A stretch of 64,000 nucleotides of DNA from assembly GCF_964213995.1 (NCBI RefSeq), contig NW_027590629.1, forward strand, positions 1-64,000. The letters run 5' to 3'. The stretch is from Mustelus asterias (Eukaryota). The number at the start of each line of letters is the position of its first letter. Position 1 is the first letter of the stretch. Shown here piece by piece: positions 1-11,920 of this stretch. The notes beneath the pieces are model-generated. The model was not told the DNA's origin. It saw only the letters and a list, made by a program, of their open reading frames with translations, and made no database searches. Position numbers and translations under genes: made by a program.

Positions 1-288
1 CAGAATAAAGAAGGATCAAGTATAACTAACTGATCATTTCTAAATCTCTTCCCATTAAAGATATTTGATTTTGTTTAAAGACTGACTCAATCTCAAATAA
101 GCACCATGGGATGTGTGTTACCCAGTGACTCGATCTGTATTGTTGGTCAGTCACATTTGCAATTCAATGTGATATAGTTCAGAGATATGCAATTCAGAAT
201 GATGACATCTATGTTAAATAAATGTATTGATATTAAATGTTGAATAATGAAACAAATACCGAGTAATATAGACTGAGAATGATGAATT

Positions 289-570
289 TGGCACAGTGGT
301 TAGCACTGCTGCTTCATGGTGTCAGGGACCCAGGTTCGATTCCAGCCTTGGGAAGGAAATCTGTGTGGCATCTGCATATTGTCCCCGTCTCTGTGTACGT
401 TTCCTCAAATGTGCAGGTTAGGTGGATTGGCCATGCTGAATTGCCCCTTGGTGTCATGGGATTAGCAGTGCAAATATATAGGGTTATGCGGATAGGATCT
501 GGTTGGGATTGTTGTCGGTGCAGACTCGATGGACTGACTGGCCTCTTTCTGCACTTTAGGGATTCTATAA
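289..570 (+). mobile_element. tRNA-derived SINE (shark-type family 1)
   Basis: A-box/B-box head (GGCACAGTGGTTAGCACTGCTGC...GGTTCGATTCC), body GATGTGCAGGTTAGGTGGATTGGCCATGCT, tail ...GGGATTCTAT; similar copies occur elsewhere in the window. Confidence 0.8.
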
Positions 571-780
571 TTGAGCAGAAATAATTGCTCCTTTAGACAT
601 TTGCCAGACGGACACTTTTAAATTTTGAAGTTCAATATAAGTTGAGACATCAGGTTGAAAGTAAAAGTTGTCTTCTTGTATTAAGTGGCATGGGCTCTCA
701 GTCTAACTATTGGAACCTGCAGTAACATAGCAGAGTTGAACATTGCCGACAGGCCGATTGGCTGCCCTGTGCTGTCAACA

Positions 781-853
781 GCTTCTGCAGTGTAGTGGTT
801 ATCACGTTTACCTCGCATGTGAAAGGTCCCCGTTCCGAAACCAGGCTAAAACT
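781..853 (+). pseudogene. Degenerate tRNA-Val gene
   Basis: GCTTCTGCAGTGTAGTGGTTATCACGTTTACCTCGCATGTGAAAGGTCCCCGTTCCGAAACCAGGCTAAAAC aligns to vertebrate tRNA-Val(CAC); stems are mismatched and the anticodon reads CGC. Confidence 0.75.
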
Positions 854-1119
854 TGAATGGCAATGTTTCCTGTTCAGTTTGAAGGACGTTTGCAGAATTT
901 CTTGCTGAATTCTATGTGAATCTGGTATCTTATAGGGTTATTTATTCGCTGGCTCTCTTGGCTCTATTCTCTCTCCACAGATGCTGTCACACCTGCTGGG
1001 ATTTTCCAGCATTTCCTGTTTTTGTTTCAGATTCCAGCATCCACAGTTTTTTGCTTTTACTTATTCGCTCTGACTTGGGCCTCAAAATTCATTCAGGACA
1101 AAATACTGGATTCTCATGT

Positions 1120-1272
1120 GAAGAAAAGGATGGCGTATGGGAGGAAACTGGAGCACCCAGAAGAAACCCACATAGAACGTGCAAACTCTGCACAGACAAT
1201 GATCCAAGGATGGGAATCAAACCCAGGTTCTTGACGCTGTGAGGCAGCAATGCTAACGACTGTGCCACACTG
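1120..1272 (-). mobile_element. tRNA-derived SINE family 1, 5' part
   Basis: Reverse complement of the head and body of the 289-570 SINE. Confidence 0.7.
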
Positions 1273-1489
1273 AAGGATCAGCCTGGTGGCAGCTTTACTC
1301 ATGATATCCAGTTACATTAGAGGCAGAATAGAAAGGAAATAAAATTAAAATACTGCGGATGTTGGAATTGTGAAATTTAAACTGAAAATGCTGGACTGGC
1401 AGCATCTGTGGAGAAACCCATTACAATAGATATTTATGATTTTGATTGCTGATTGAGGAGGCAAGGTCCTTTAGGTTTTATTGACGTTT

Positions 1490-1777
1490 TATACTGTGTT
1501 ACACGTTTTTTGAGGCGAAAAAAGCGATGTAAATACCTCTGAGGTTAAGTGACGTCCATCTTTGTGCGGGGCAGACGTGCTCCGTTTGACAAGGTGAAGT
1601 GTCGGAGCCGATGTGCCCCTAACAAAGATGGCTGCGATGTGGGGGCGGGGCAATGGGCTGAGGAGGTTGGGACCGCACATGCGCATTGCTGCGGTTGTGG
1701 TTTGTTGACGGAAGCGCGCGGCTTCTTCTTCGGATCGGAATCAGATTTGAAAGCGGTTAACTGTCGCCGGCGTTGCC
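1490..1777 (+). promoter_or_regulatory. CpG-rich housekeeping-type promoter/5'UTR upstream of the EMC4-like ATG
   Basis: High CpG density, GC box GGGGCGGGG (~1642), YY1-like AAGATGGC (~1625), NRF1-like CGCACATGCGCA (~1674), ETS-like CGGAAG (~1709), Kozak GCCATGG at 1775-1781. Confidence 0.6.
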
Positions 1778-2874
1778 ATGGCGGCAGGGGCGGGGCTTGT
1801 CAACCGTGCGCGCTGGCACAAGTGGACCCTCGAGTTTAACCTGAGCGGCAGCAGCAGCACACTGACCCGGGGATGTGGAACCAACCCAAAACTTCCCAAC
1901 CCCGGGTTTTTCACGCGTCTTTTACCCCTCACCGAGCCCCTCAGCACAAAGCAGCCCCTCAAATCCCCCAGAAACCACTCAGACCCCACTTGGCATCTTT
2001 TCCCAGGTCATGACCCTGAGATGCCCTTTTGGTTTCAGCCCCTCCACCTGATCAGGTGCCAACTGCGGTGGTGGTTGGAGGAACGATTGCTCGTTTCCAG
2101 GGCCGGGTGCTGAACTGGATCTCTCTCAATGTGTTTGTTTTCAAGATACAATTTGGTACATGTGGTGATTTGTCGCTTTGTCCCTCAATGGAGGGCAAGT
2201 GGATTGGCACCCTGATTGACACTAATCCACTTCTGCAGCCCTCCATTCCCCTGGCAGTTTGGTACACGCAACGGCAGTGTGTGTCTGAGGTTTGCCCAAG
2301 CTTTAGTTCATGCTGGCACTATTGTCACCACGTTGGGGTCCTCAACAGAGAGACTCCCTCTTTAAACAAGGTCTTGAAAGGGTGACCAATTTGTGTTTTC
2401 TGTTTCTCACAGGAGCCGTGATCAACAGTGTGGCCAGAGAGACTCCATGTACCCAGTCGCATATTCGGACAAACAGCTACCGGACATCCGCGTCCAAGAA
2501 ACAGACCGGATCCGAGTTGAGAAGGTAAGTTAGATTTGAATGTGTCTTTAGTGTGTGGCTGACAACGCCCCTGGTTTGTCCACAGTGGTGAAGTGCCTTG
2601 GTGAACCACAGCAGCCTGTTTGATAAAGGGACTTATTGAGTTAATTGTTACTTCCAGACCTGTGTATAAGATCAGCATATGGCCTCCCCAAACCGGCCCC
2701 CTTTACTGATACCCTGCTCACTTTCTGTTTTCATCACCTTGGGCCCATTGAAACAGCTGCCCATGAATCTGTTCATCATGTACATGGCTGGCAACACCAT
2801 CTCCATCCTCCCTATCATGATGGTGTGCATGATGGCCTGGAGACCCATACAGGCCTTGATGTCCATGTCTGCAA
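1778..2874 (+). pseudogene. EMC4: ER membrane protein complex subunit 4, 5' fragment (exon 1 1778-~1860, exon 2 2413-2524, exon 3 ~2733-2874)
   Basis: Exon 1 MAAGAGLVNRARWHKWTLEFNLSGSSS, exon 2 [37 protein letters not shown] (ag/gt intact) and exon 3 [45 protein letters not shown] match EMC4. The exon 1 GT donor is missing, the exon 3 acceptor and RCWD codons are deleted, and no downstream exons are seen. Confidence 0.85.
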
Positions 2875-4648
2875 GTGAGTATTGTATTGAATCTGCAGCT
2901 CAGAAACAGCTCTGAACTGGCATCACTTGAATGCAGCTTAGAACAGTGTGCTAAGAGTTGGGTGATTAAGGGACTTAGGGAAGGAAGGGAACGAGGTACC
3001 CTTTTGCTTTCTAATATTCTCAGCCTTTGGGAAGTGATCTTCCTCTTCTACAGGAGAAAGAGCGGCGAGCTATTTGCTGAGTATCTGCAAAGTGACTAAA
3101 GTTTATTCGATGTCTAAGGATCAAAATCGTATAGCAACTGCTGGTAAGGTTAATAAAATATATAAAATCAAAAGTAAAATACATCATTGGATAAAATAAT
3201 TAAATACTTTTTTCGCACACATTAAAGATGGGAGGACAGGTGATGTGTCACAGCTGCAGCGTGTGGGAGCTCCTGGGTGTCAGTTTGATCGAGGGCAAAC
3301 ACATCTGCAGTAAGTGTTTGAAGTTCAAGCAGCTCCGGTTAGAGTTTATGAGCTGGAGGCTGAACTACAGACACTGCGATGCATCAGGGAGGGGGAACAT
3401 TACCTGGATTCTTTACACCAGGAAGCAGTCACACCTCTTAGGACAGGACCTGCTGATTTGGTCAGTGATCAGGGACAGGAGGATGACTGTGAGTGAGGCA
3501 GGTAAGGGGATTCAGGTGGCAGGAGCCTCAGCCTTCACAATTGTCCAACCGGATTGCAGTTTTTTCAGCTTGTTTATGCTGCAGGGTGGATGAGCAAACT
3601 GACCTTGGCACCGTGGTACAGGAAGCCATTCAAGTTGGAGGAGAAAAAGGGAATGTAGGGGTAGTATGGGATGGTGTAATCAGAGGGATTCACACTGTTC
3701 TCTGCAGCAAAGAGCATGAGTCCAGATCGCTGTGTTGCCTTGTGCCAGGGTTCAGGACATCTGCTCAGGTCTGAAGAGGAACTTACAGTATTGTGTCGGA
3801 TCTGCAGCTCAAAAACAGCTGCACGGGGGAGGACCCAGTCATTGTGGTCCATGTAGGTACCAATGACACAGGCAGGACAAAGAAGGAGGTTTTACATGGC
3901 TAGTATGAGGACCTAGGTACCAAATTAAGAAGCAGGATCTCAAAGTTCATAATCTGGATAATTACCTTAACTACTTACTAATTGTCTTAGGACAAATCAG
4001 ATCAAAGAGATGAATGAGTGACTCAAAGATTGGTGTGGGAGGTGGGTTCTGGTTCATGGGGCACTGACACCAGTACTGGGGAAAGCATTTTAAAACTAAA
4101 TAGTAGACAGGGAAACAAATTTGGGGCAAGGAATCAAAGATTTATAGAAATGACTGGATGAAGGGCTGGTTGGCAAATTTGCCGATGACACAAAGATAGG
4201 TGGGAAAGTAAGTTGTGACGAGGACATACGGAGGGTTCAAAAAGACAGAAAGGTTAAGTGAGTGGGAAAATATCTGGTAAATGGAGTAGAATGTGGGCAA
4301 ATGTGAAATTGTCCATTTCGGCAGGAAGAATGAAAAAGAAGCATTTTGTCTAAACGGTGAGAGATTGCAGAGCTCAGAGATTCAGAGGGATCTGGGTGTT
4401 CTAGTACATAAATCACAAAAGGCTAATATGCAAGTAAATCAGTAATTAGGAACACTAATAGAATGTTATCATTCATTGTGAAGGGAATTAAATACAGAAC
4501 TAGGGAGGTTATGCTTCAGTTGTACAGGTCACTAGTGAGACCACGTCTGGAGTACTATGTACAGTATTGGTCACCTTGTTTAAAGAAGGGTGTAAGTGTG
4601 CTGGAGACAGTTCAGAGAAGTTTACCAGACCAATACCTGAAATAATGC

Positions 4649-4829
4649 GGTGATGCTGGCGTTGGACTGGGGTGGGCACAGTAAGAAGTCTCACAACACC
4701 AGGTTAAAGACCAACAGGTTTATTTGGAATTTGGAATCCTTCCGCACCTGACGAAGGAGCAGCGCTCCGAAAGCTCGTGATTCCAAATAAACCAATTGGA
4801 CTTTAACCTGGTGTTGTGAGACTTCTTAC
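4649..4829. mobile_element. Penelope-like element terminal fragment (inverted pair) inserted in the CR1
   Basis: TAAGAAGTCTCACAACACCAGGTTAAAG and its reverse complement flank a hammerhead motif; near-duplicated target CAATACCTGAAAT / CAATGCCTGAAAT. Confidence 0.7.
4745..4779 (+). ncRNA. Minimal type I hammerhead ribozyme motif (PLE-associated)
   Basis: CAC-CTGACGA-A-GGAGC(AGC)GCTCC-GAAA-GC-TC-GTG: conserved core, 5-bp stem II, palindromic AGCT stem III, UH site, CAC/GTG stem I. Confidence 0.7.
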
Positions 4830-5687
4830 AATGCCTGAAATTGATGGGTTGTGTTACGAGGCAAGGTTGGACAGGCTAGGAGTGTATCCGCTGGAGTTCA
4901 GAAGAGTAAATGGCGACTTGTTCCTGCAAGGCCTTGACAGGATGGAGGTAGAGAGGATGTTTCCTCTTGTGGGATAATCCAGAACTAGGGGTCACCGTTT
5001 TAAAAAATAAAGCGTCACCCATTTAAAGTAGAGATGAGGAGAATTTTTCTCCAAGTGTCGTGAGTCTTTGGAACTCTCTCCCTGAAAAGGTGGTGGAAGA
5101 AGAGTGTTTGAATATTTTAAGCAAAGGTGGATAGATTCTTGGTAAGAAAGGAGGTGAAAGGTTATTGGAGGTCAGCAGGATGAAGATTTGAGGTTACGAT
5201 CAGGTCAGAGAGTAAAGACCAGTTCTGCTCAATCACTCCTCATTGCACAGTCCTGTCATCCCAGGAAGCAGTCTGGTGAACGTTTGTTACTCGTCCTCTG
5301 GGGCAATTCTCTGGGTAAGGAGACCCAAACTCTGCAGTGTTCCACATGTGGTTTCACCAAAACTGGATACAATTTCAGAAAGCTTTCCTCACTCGGAAAC
5401 TGCATCCCTGGGGAATAAAGGCTAACAGACCATCTGCATCTCTCCTTAGGGATGCTGCCAGACCTGCTGAGATTTTCCAGCATTTTCTCTTTTGGTTCCT
5501 CATTCAAACAGACGCAGTAATTTGCTTTTATTTGGTTAGAAGTGGGGGATTTACACACAGAATATTCAAATCAAGGAACGGTTTGTCTCTTCTGAATTTA
5601 TGTCCTGGTTTAACAGTGATGATCTTTTTGGAAACTCTATTTACAGGATACAGCAATTGGAAATTGGAACATGGAAAACGTTTTGGG

Positions 5688-5840
5688 GCTGCACAGTGGT
5701 TAGCACTGCTGCCACAGAGCGCCAAAGACCCGGGTTCGATTCCAGCCGCGGGCGATTGTCTGTGTGGAGTTTGCACGTTCTCCGTGTCTGCATGGATTTC
5801 TTCCCGTGGTCCAAAGATGTGCAGGTTAGGTGGATTAGTC
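5688..5840 (+). mobile_element. tRNA-derived SINE family 1 (truncated)
   Basis: GCACAGTGGTTAGCACTGCTGCC...GGGTTCGATTCC...GATGTGCAGGTTAGGTGGATT. Confidence 0.75.
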
Positions 5841-5849
5841 AGTACCTGC

Positions 5850-6312
5850 TCAAAAGATAATCCCAGAAACTACAGGTCAGTCAGTTCAATGCTAGTGATG
5901 GGGAAGATTCCTGAAACAATAATTCAGGACATATTTAGTAGTCACCTGAGTAAATGTGGATGAAGAAGGACAGTGTTCAGAGGAAATGGTGTTTATCGAA
6001 CCTGCTGAAATATTTTGATGAGGTCACAGATACCGTTGTTGAGGATAATGCTGTTAATGTGGTGAACATGGACTTCCAAAAAGCATCAGATAAATTGCCG
6101 CACAGCAGACATCGGAGCACAGATATGACTCGTGGAATAAAAGGGACAGCAGCAGCATTGACACAAAATTGTCTGGGGGACAGGAAACACACAAAATACT
6201 GGTTAATGGATGTTTGGGAGTTCCTCAGGAGCGGGTGTTAACACCCAGCTCTTCCTAATGTATACAAATGACCCAGACCTTGGTGTTCAGGGACAGTTTA
6301 GAAATTTGTGGA
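5850..6312 (+). mobile_element. Old CR1 RT fragment
   Basis: DNPRNYRSVS, CLSNLLKYFDEVT..NMDFQKASDKLPH. Confidence 0.7.
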
Positions 6313-6643
6313 CAGAATCTGTGTGGACCCAGACTGGGTGGCAGGTTTCCTTCCCGAAGGACATTAGTGAACCAGTTGGGTTTTTATGAGAATCCACCAG
6401 TTTTAATGGTCACTTTTCCCTGGAGCCGGCCCCGCAAATGACCAGATTCATTCAGCTCAATTTCACAAACTGCCTTTCTGTTTTTGTGGGTTCTCTCTCA
6501 CCCCATCTTTTTCTGTTTTGAAACAGTTACACAGCATTTTAGAAGAGGAGGATTTGCAGTCGGGAAACTGAAACGAAACATCACATCACAATCTGGTGGA
6601 GTTTTCCAATGTATCATAACCTGAATATCATTTGATTTTGAAC

Positions 6644-7692
6644 ATGGAAGGAACAAGCACCGTTCACAGCGGGGAGAAACCGTACACGTGCTCTCTGTGT
6701 ATGGACGAGGCTTCAGCCAATCATCTGACCTGTTAAAACACAAATGCAGTCAATCCAGGAAGAAACCATGGAAATGCAGGGATTGTGGGAAGGGATTCAA
6801 ATCCCCGTCTGGCCTGGAATGCCATTGGCTCAGTCACACTGGGGAGAGACCGTTCACCTGCTTCGAATGTGGGAAGGGATTCACTCGTCAATCCTACCTT
6901 CTGATACATCAGCGACTTCACACTGGGGAAAGGCCGTTCACCTGTTCTGTGTGTGGGAAGGGATTCATTCAGTCATCCACCCTGTTGAATCACCAGCGAG
7001 TTCACACTGAGGAGAGACCATTTAAATGCTCAGACTGTGGGAAGTGTTACAAATGTTCTGGGGAACTGATGCGCCATCAACGTGTTCACAGCAATGAGAG
7101 GCCATTCACCTGTTCCTTGTGTGGGAAAGGATTTACTCAGCAATACAAACTGCAGACACACCAGCGAGTTCACACTGATGAGAGACCTTTTACATGTACA
7201 GACTGTGGAAAGCGCTTTAAAAGTTCCCAGGACTTGATGCAGCATCAACCTGTTCACACTGATAAGAGACCGTTCAGATGCTCTCACTGTGGGTCTGCAT
7301 TCAAGCGATCGTCTCACCTGACTGTGCACCAGCAAATTCACACTGGGGAGAGGCTGTTCACCTGCCCTGAGTGTGGCAAGGGATTTACTCAGTCATCCGT
7401 CCTTCTGACACACCAGTGTGTTCAAACTGGGGGGAGACCATTCATCTGCTCTGAGTGTGGGAAGGGTTTCCCTTCCTCATCCAAACTTCTGATGCACCAG
7501 CACGTTCACACTGGGGAGAGACCGTTCACCTGCTCTGTGTGTGGGAAGGGATTCACTCAGTCATCCAGCCTGCTGACACACCAGCGAGTTCACACTGGGG
7601 AGAGGCCATTCACATGTGCTGAATGTGGGAAGGGATTTGCTTATTTTTCTGTACTGATGAGACACCAACAAGCTGACAAGCAATTACAATGA
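6644..7692 (+). pseudogene. Tandem C2H2 zinc-finger gene (9 intact plus about 3 degenerate fingers), frameshifted near the start
   Basis: CxxC-x12-HxxxH repeats with TGERPF linkers at 6688-7692. The ATG at 6644 ([17 protein letters not shown]) is thrown out of frame by an extra CT at ~6691-6696 and stops at 6734-6736. AATAAA at ~7800. Confidence 0.75.
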
Positions 7693-7975
7693 TTGGATTT
7701 TGCTGTCAGTGACATCCCAGATTATGTTCGTTGGGGTCTGTTGGATGATGTCAATACATTCCAGCCAGTTGTTTGGGCTAATGTTGTGGATAAAGGTCAA
7801 ATAAATCAGTTTTATATTACTATTTTTATATTGAACACACTGTGTTGCATCTATTTAATGTCTCTAACTCACTTTGGATACTTTTGAAGGGCTCTCCCTC
7901 TCCCCTGTCGTCGCCATCCTCACCTCCAACAACAAGTGTGAGGAGCGCATGGAGCTTCTTTGTCACTAAGATTGA

Positions 7976-8330
7976 GGGGAGGTGATGGCCTAGTGGTATT
8001 AACACTAGACGGTTAACCCAGAAACTCAGCTAATGTTCTGGGTACCAGGTTTCAATCCCACCACGCCAGATGGTGAAATCTGAATTCAATAAAAAAAATA
8101 TCTGGAATTAAGAATTTACTGACGACCTTTGTCAATTGTTGTAAAAACCCATCTGGTTTAATGATGTCCTTTATGGAAGGAAATCTGCCGTCCTTGCCTG
8201 GTCTGGCCTACATGGGACTCCAGAGCCACAGCAATGTGGTTGACTCTAAAATGGCCAAGCAAGCCACTCAGTTGTTCAAGAACGCAGCTCACCACCACCT
8301 TCTCAAGGGCAACTTGCAATAAATGCTGGC
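7976..8330 (+). mobile_element. tRNA-derived SINE family 2
   Basis: Pol III-like head (GGCCTAGTGG...GGTTTCAATCCC) and body GGAAGGAAATCTGCCGTCCTT; antisense relics at ~6330-6460 and ~62220-62420. Confidence 0.6.
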
Positions 8331-8744
8331 CATGCATTCGCCCCTTTGAGCCTGCTCCGCCATTCATTTTGATCATGGCTGATCATCGAATTCAATATTC
8401 TGATTCCCCTTCCTCCCATACCTTTAGCCCCAAGAGTTATATCTAATTTATTCTTGAAATCATATGTATGTGTCTGCATTTTTCTGAGCGTTTGTGTGTC
8501 TATGAGTTTGTCTGTATCTATTTCCGGGATTGATATCAGTTATGGGAATAGATTCGCCTGCATTAAAATATATTCAAATAAGAATAGTAGGAATAAGAAA
8601 AATACAGCCGCACAATCCTCCAACAGGATCCTTCAGGAATCTGAGAATTCAGTGATTTCCCAGGTAGAAGCCATTTACCTCACACCGCCACAAGAGGGAG
8701 CTCCCTCGCTGTGTTTGTATGTTCACTGCAACAGGAACGGGTTC

Positions 8745-8881
8745 CATTACACAGTGAAATGTAACAGAGCAGAAATCCAGGAGAACGGGATTAATTGTTG
8801 GATTACACAGTGATATGTTACAGAGCAGTAATCCAGGAGAACTGGATTAATTGTTGGATTACACAGTGACATGTTACAGAG
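8745..8881. repeat. About 55-bp minisatellite, ~2.5 copies
   Basis: ATTACACAGTGA-A-ATGT-ACAGAGCAG-AATCCAGGAGAAC-GGATTAATTGTTGG repeated. Confidence 0.85.
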
Positions 8882-10184
8882 TGTTAAAATCTGAAATAAA
8901 GCAGTTAACGCCACAAAGAGGCAGAAACAGTGAAACACACAGCTAAACATCCATATGAATCAGGAGCAGCAGTAGACGTTTGAGCTGCTCTGCTCCAGAT
9001 AAGATTCCGGCTGATCTGACTGTGGCCAAAACTCCACTTTCCTCTTTCCCCCCAAACCCTCTGACTCTCTTGTCAATCAAGAATCTATTTAATCAGCCTT
9101 AAAAATATTCAATGACTTTGCCTCCACTGCTCTCTGGGGAAGAGAATTCCACACGCCAAAGGTCCTCTGAGAGAAAAAAACACCTCATTCTCTCTGTCTC
9201 AGACGTCTTAAGTCCAGTTCGTTCTCCAGAGCCACACAGCGAAAGTAAGGGCTGTGAAGAAGGAAGAGAGGGAGGTGGAGAAGAACAGAATGAAAGATCT
9301 GCAAAGTGGCAAAATGTTTCACGGCCCAAGACCAAAGCGAGTGGTAATGGGACAAGTAAAGACACAAAAGATGTTCTGGATGAGGTGTGAATGGCCGGTT
9401 AGCAATAGTCTGAATGCAAAGTAAAGAAAACAAGAGGGAAATGAGGTTATAAAAAAGCAGCAACGAAACACAGAACACAATGGGGGCAGAGATTGTGGTG
9501 TAAAATTGTTGGACTCAGTTTTGTTCTGAAGGTTGTAAAGTGTCTCTTTCAGTTGCTGGAAATAATAATATATTTCCCAGTTCCGATAACAGGTCACATT
9601 CAGTCTGTTTCTCTCTCCACAGAGGCTGCCTGACTTGTTGAGTATTTCCAGCGTTTTCTGCTTTATGTCACAGAGAATGTCTAAGAATTGTTACACCCGG
9701 AAGAGATGTCTCTTCCTCGGGGTAGTCTGGGTGGGGGGATAATGTTCACTCTTTTATATTTGTGTCTGGTGTGAATAATACCTTAGATTAAATGGAGAAG
9801 TTTTTTAAACTGAGGAGAGTAACTGCATTTGGGCGCTGACTTTAAACAACATTAACAAGCCCGGGCTGCTGGAGAAACATTTAGGGATTTGTGAGCAGTC
9901 AGTTCCGGCTGGTTTGAAGTGAAATCCTGTCGGTGCTGCGGCAAATCTGAACTCAAACCAGACAAACTGGAACCGCTGGGTTAGAGATTCCGGGTGTTGG
10001 GATGTGGAGGCTGGGGGAGGGGGAGATGGCGGGAAAACTCTGAGCCTGACTTCAGACAGGGTGAGCGGGGTAAAGGGGAGGAATGACAGGGTTAATGTGG
10101 GAGTCAGGGACAATAGCAGAAGGTGGGAAGCTCTGGAAAGGAGCAATCAGGTAAAGGCCATCAAAGAATGCTTGTTTAAATGAA

Positions 10185-10352
10185 GATAAAAGCAAAATAC
10201 TGCGGGTGCTGGAACCTGAAGCAGAAACAGAAAATGTTGGAAAATCTCAGCAGGTCTGACAGCATCTGTGGAGAGAGAACAGAATGAATGTCTCCACTCT
10301 GGATGATCACAGATGCTGTCAGACATGCTGAGATTTTCCAGCATTCTCTGGT
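10185..10352. mobile_element. Short palindromic repeat (PLE-derived-type family; other copies ~960-1060, 1340-1415, 5450-5530, 9580-9670, 63298-63828)
   Basis: AAAATGTTGGAAAATCTCAGCAGGTCTGACAGCATCTGTG followed by its reverse complement. Confidence 0.55.
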
Positions 10353-10989
10353 TGTGATTAACTGAAGGTTCAGAAGGGAAACAAGCAGCGAGTTCACACG
10401 CACTGAACCTAGGGGGAAGGGGTGACACAGGATAAGGTACAGGCGCAGCTCAGTGAGGCTCTGCAAAGTCCAGCAACCCGTCCACATTGAGAGCTTAGAG
10501 CGCCAAGGGGGAGGGGAAGGAGACACAATTTGGGACACAGCAGGAGGTCACCCCTCCCCCCACTCTGTGGTTCCACATCCCTCCCACACCTGGGCAGAGT
10601 TGGCTCAAGGTGCAGGAAGCTGCAAGCTGAGAGGCTGAGCTGTGAACTGGGCGGGTTGGGGTTTTGAGTGACAGTCCTGGGGCTATTTCAGGACAGGAAC
10701 AGCCACAGATTCCCCCTTTTTTCCTGGGACGTTTCAGTGGAGCTGTGTTGGTGAGTGTTTGTAATCTTTGTCTGGCTATCTCGATAATGGGGGTGGGTTG
10801 TAAATTACTGTGAGTGTTAGACTAAATAACCTCTCCTCGTTCTGCCAGTTCCAGCCTGCAGACTCCATTTCTCAGTCCAGTCTGCTGCTCTGTCTCTGTC
10901 TCTCTGTACTTTGCTGCAGTGCTCCACATTCTGAGCAACATCCAGCCCATTGTTATCACCTGCAAATGGCGACAAACTACCTAACTGTG

Positions 10990-11457
10990 ATTAGCCCTGC
11001 TGCTTCACAGAGCTAGGGACCGGGGTCAATTCCAGCTTTGGTGACTGCGTGGAGTTTGTGCATTGTTCCCGTGTCTGTGTGGGTTTCCTCCGGGTGTTCC
11101 GGTTTTCTCCAAAGATGTGCGGGTTAGGTGGACTGACCATGCTTACAATTGTCCTTTAATGTCCCACGATGTGTAGGTTCTGATTTGATTTATTATTGTC
11201 ACATGCACTGGCATACAGTGAAAAGTAATATTTCTTGCGTGCTATGCAGGCAAAACATACGTTGATAAAGTACATGGGGGAAGGAAAAGCCGAATATATT
11301 GTTGCAGTTACGGGTAGGGTGAAGAGAAAGGACCGTAGGTGGATTAGCAGGGTAAATGCGTGAGGTTACAGGGATAAGGGATAAAGATGCTCAGTCGCAC
11401 GATCAATACGCACTCAATCGGTCGAATGACCTTCTTCTGCATTGCAAGGATTCTATG
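10990..11457 (+). mobile_element. tRNA-derived SINE family 1 with internal insertion
   Basis: Same body as 289-570, interrupted at ~11180-11335. Confidence 0.6.
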
Positions 11458-11920
11458 TTTAGTGAATTACGGTGAACAACCTTTGAATAGAGGGGTTTCT
11501 GGGGCGCAGAGCATTGTGGGAATTGAGACCGCCATTATTCAGTGCCTGAATATTTCATTGCAGACTGAGGGCTAGTCGGCAATCTGAGCCCTCAATTCTG
11601 TTTGTCACTTTACAGTGGCTGCCTAGCCTGCTGAATATCACCAGTGTTTGTACTCTTTATTTCGGATGTAATATCTACAGAGTCTTGTTTCTGTTTTATG
11701 GTTCTGAGATTAGAAACACAGGCTGACAAGTTGGAAGTCGGTTTGAATCAGGTTTCATGTTGGATGCAGAACTCAGTCCTTGTCCTGCTGTGTGTTTTTT
11801 TTTTATTGTTGCTTCACTTTGAACTCTATTCATAATCTGTCTCTGGGTCCTCTCTCAATCCCCTTTTTTTCAATTTCAAATCAATTTAACAGGAACTAGA
11901 AGGAGACAATTTGCAGTCAG

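Larger units (their letters stand above)
2940..5200 (+). mobile_element. CR1 LINE, degenerate and internally deleted
   Basis: ORF1 zinc finger (MCHSCSVWE..HICSKC) and esterase remnants, then a jump at ~4150 to RT (FADDTK, LYRSLVRPRLEY) and the 3' end. Confidence 0.8.

Noticed and set aside
781-853. Anticodon-switched tRNAs (CGC here, CAA at 24263-24335)
   Set aside because: Stems are broken at many positions; simple decay of tRNA-Val.
1861-2113. Continuation of the EMC4 exon 1 ORF
   Set aside because: Intron read-through after loss of the donor; no EMC4 similarity.
8745-8881. CRISPR-like array
   Set aside because: Eukaryotic DNA; the units are full tandem copies without unique spacers.
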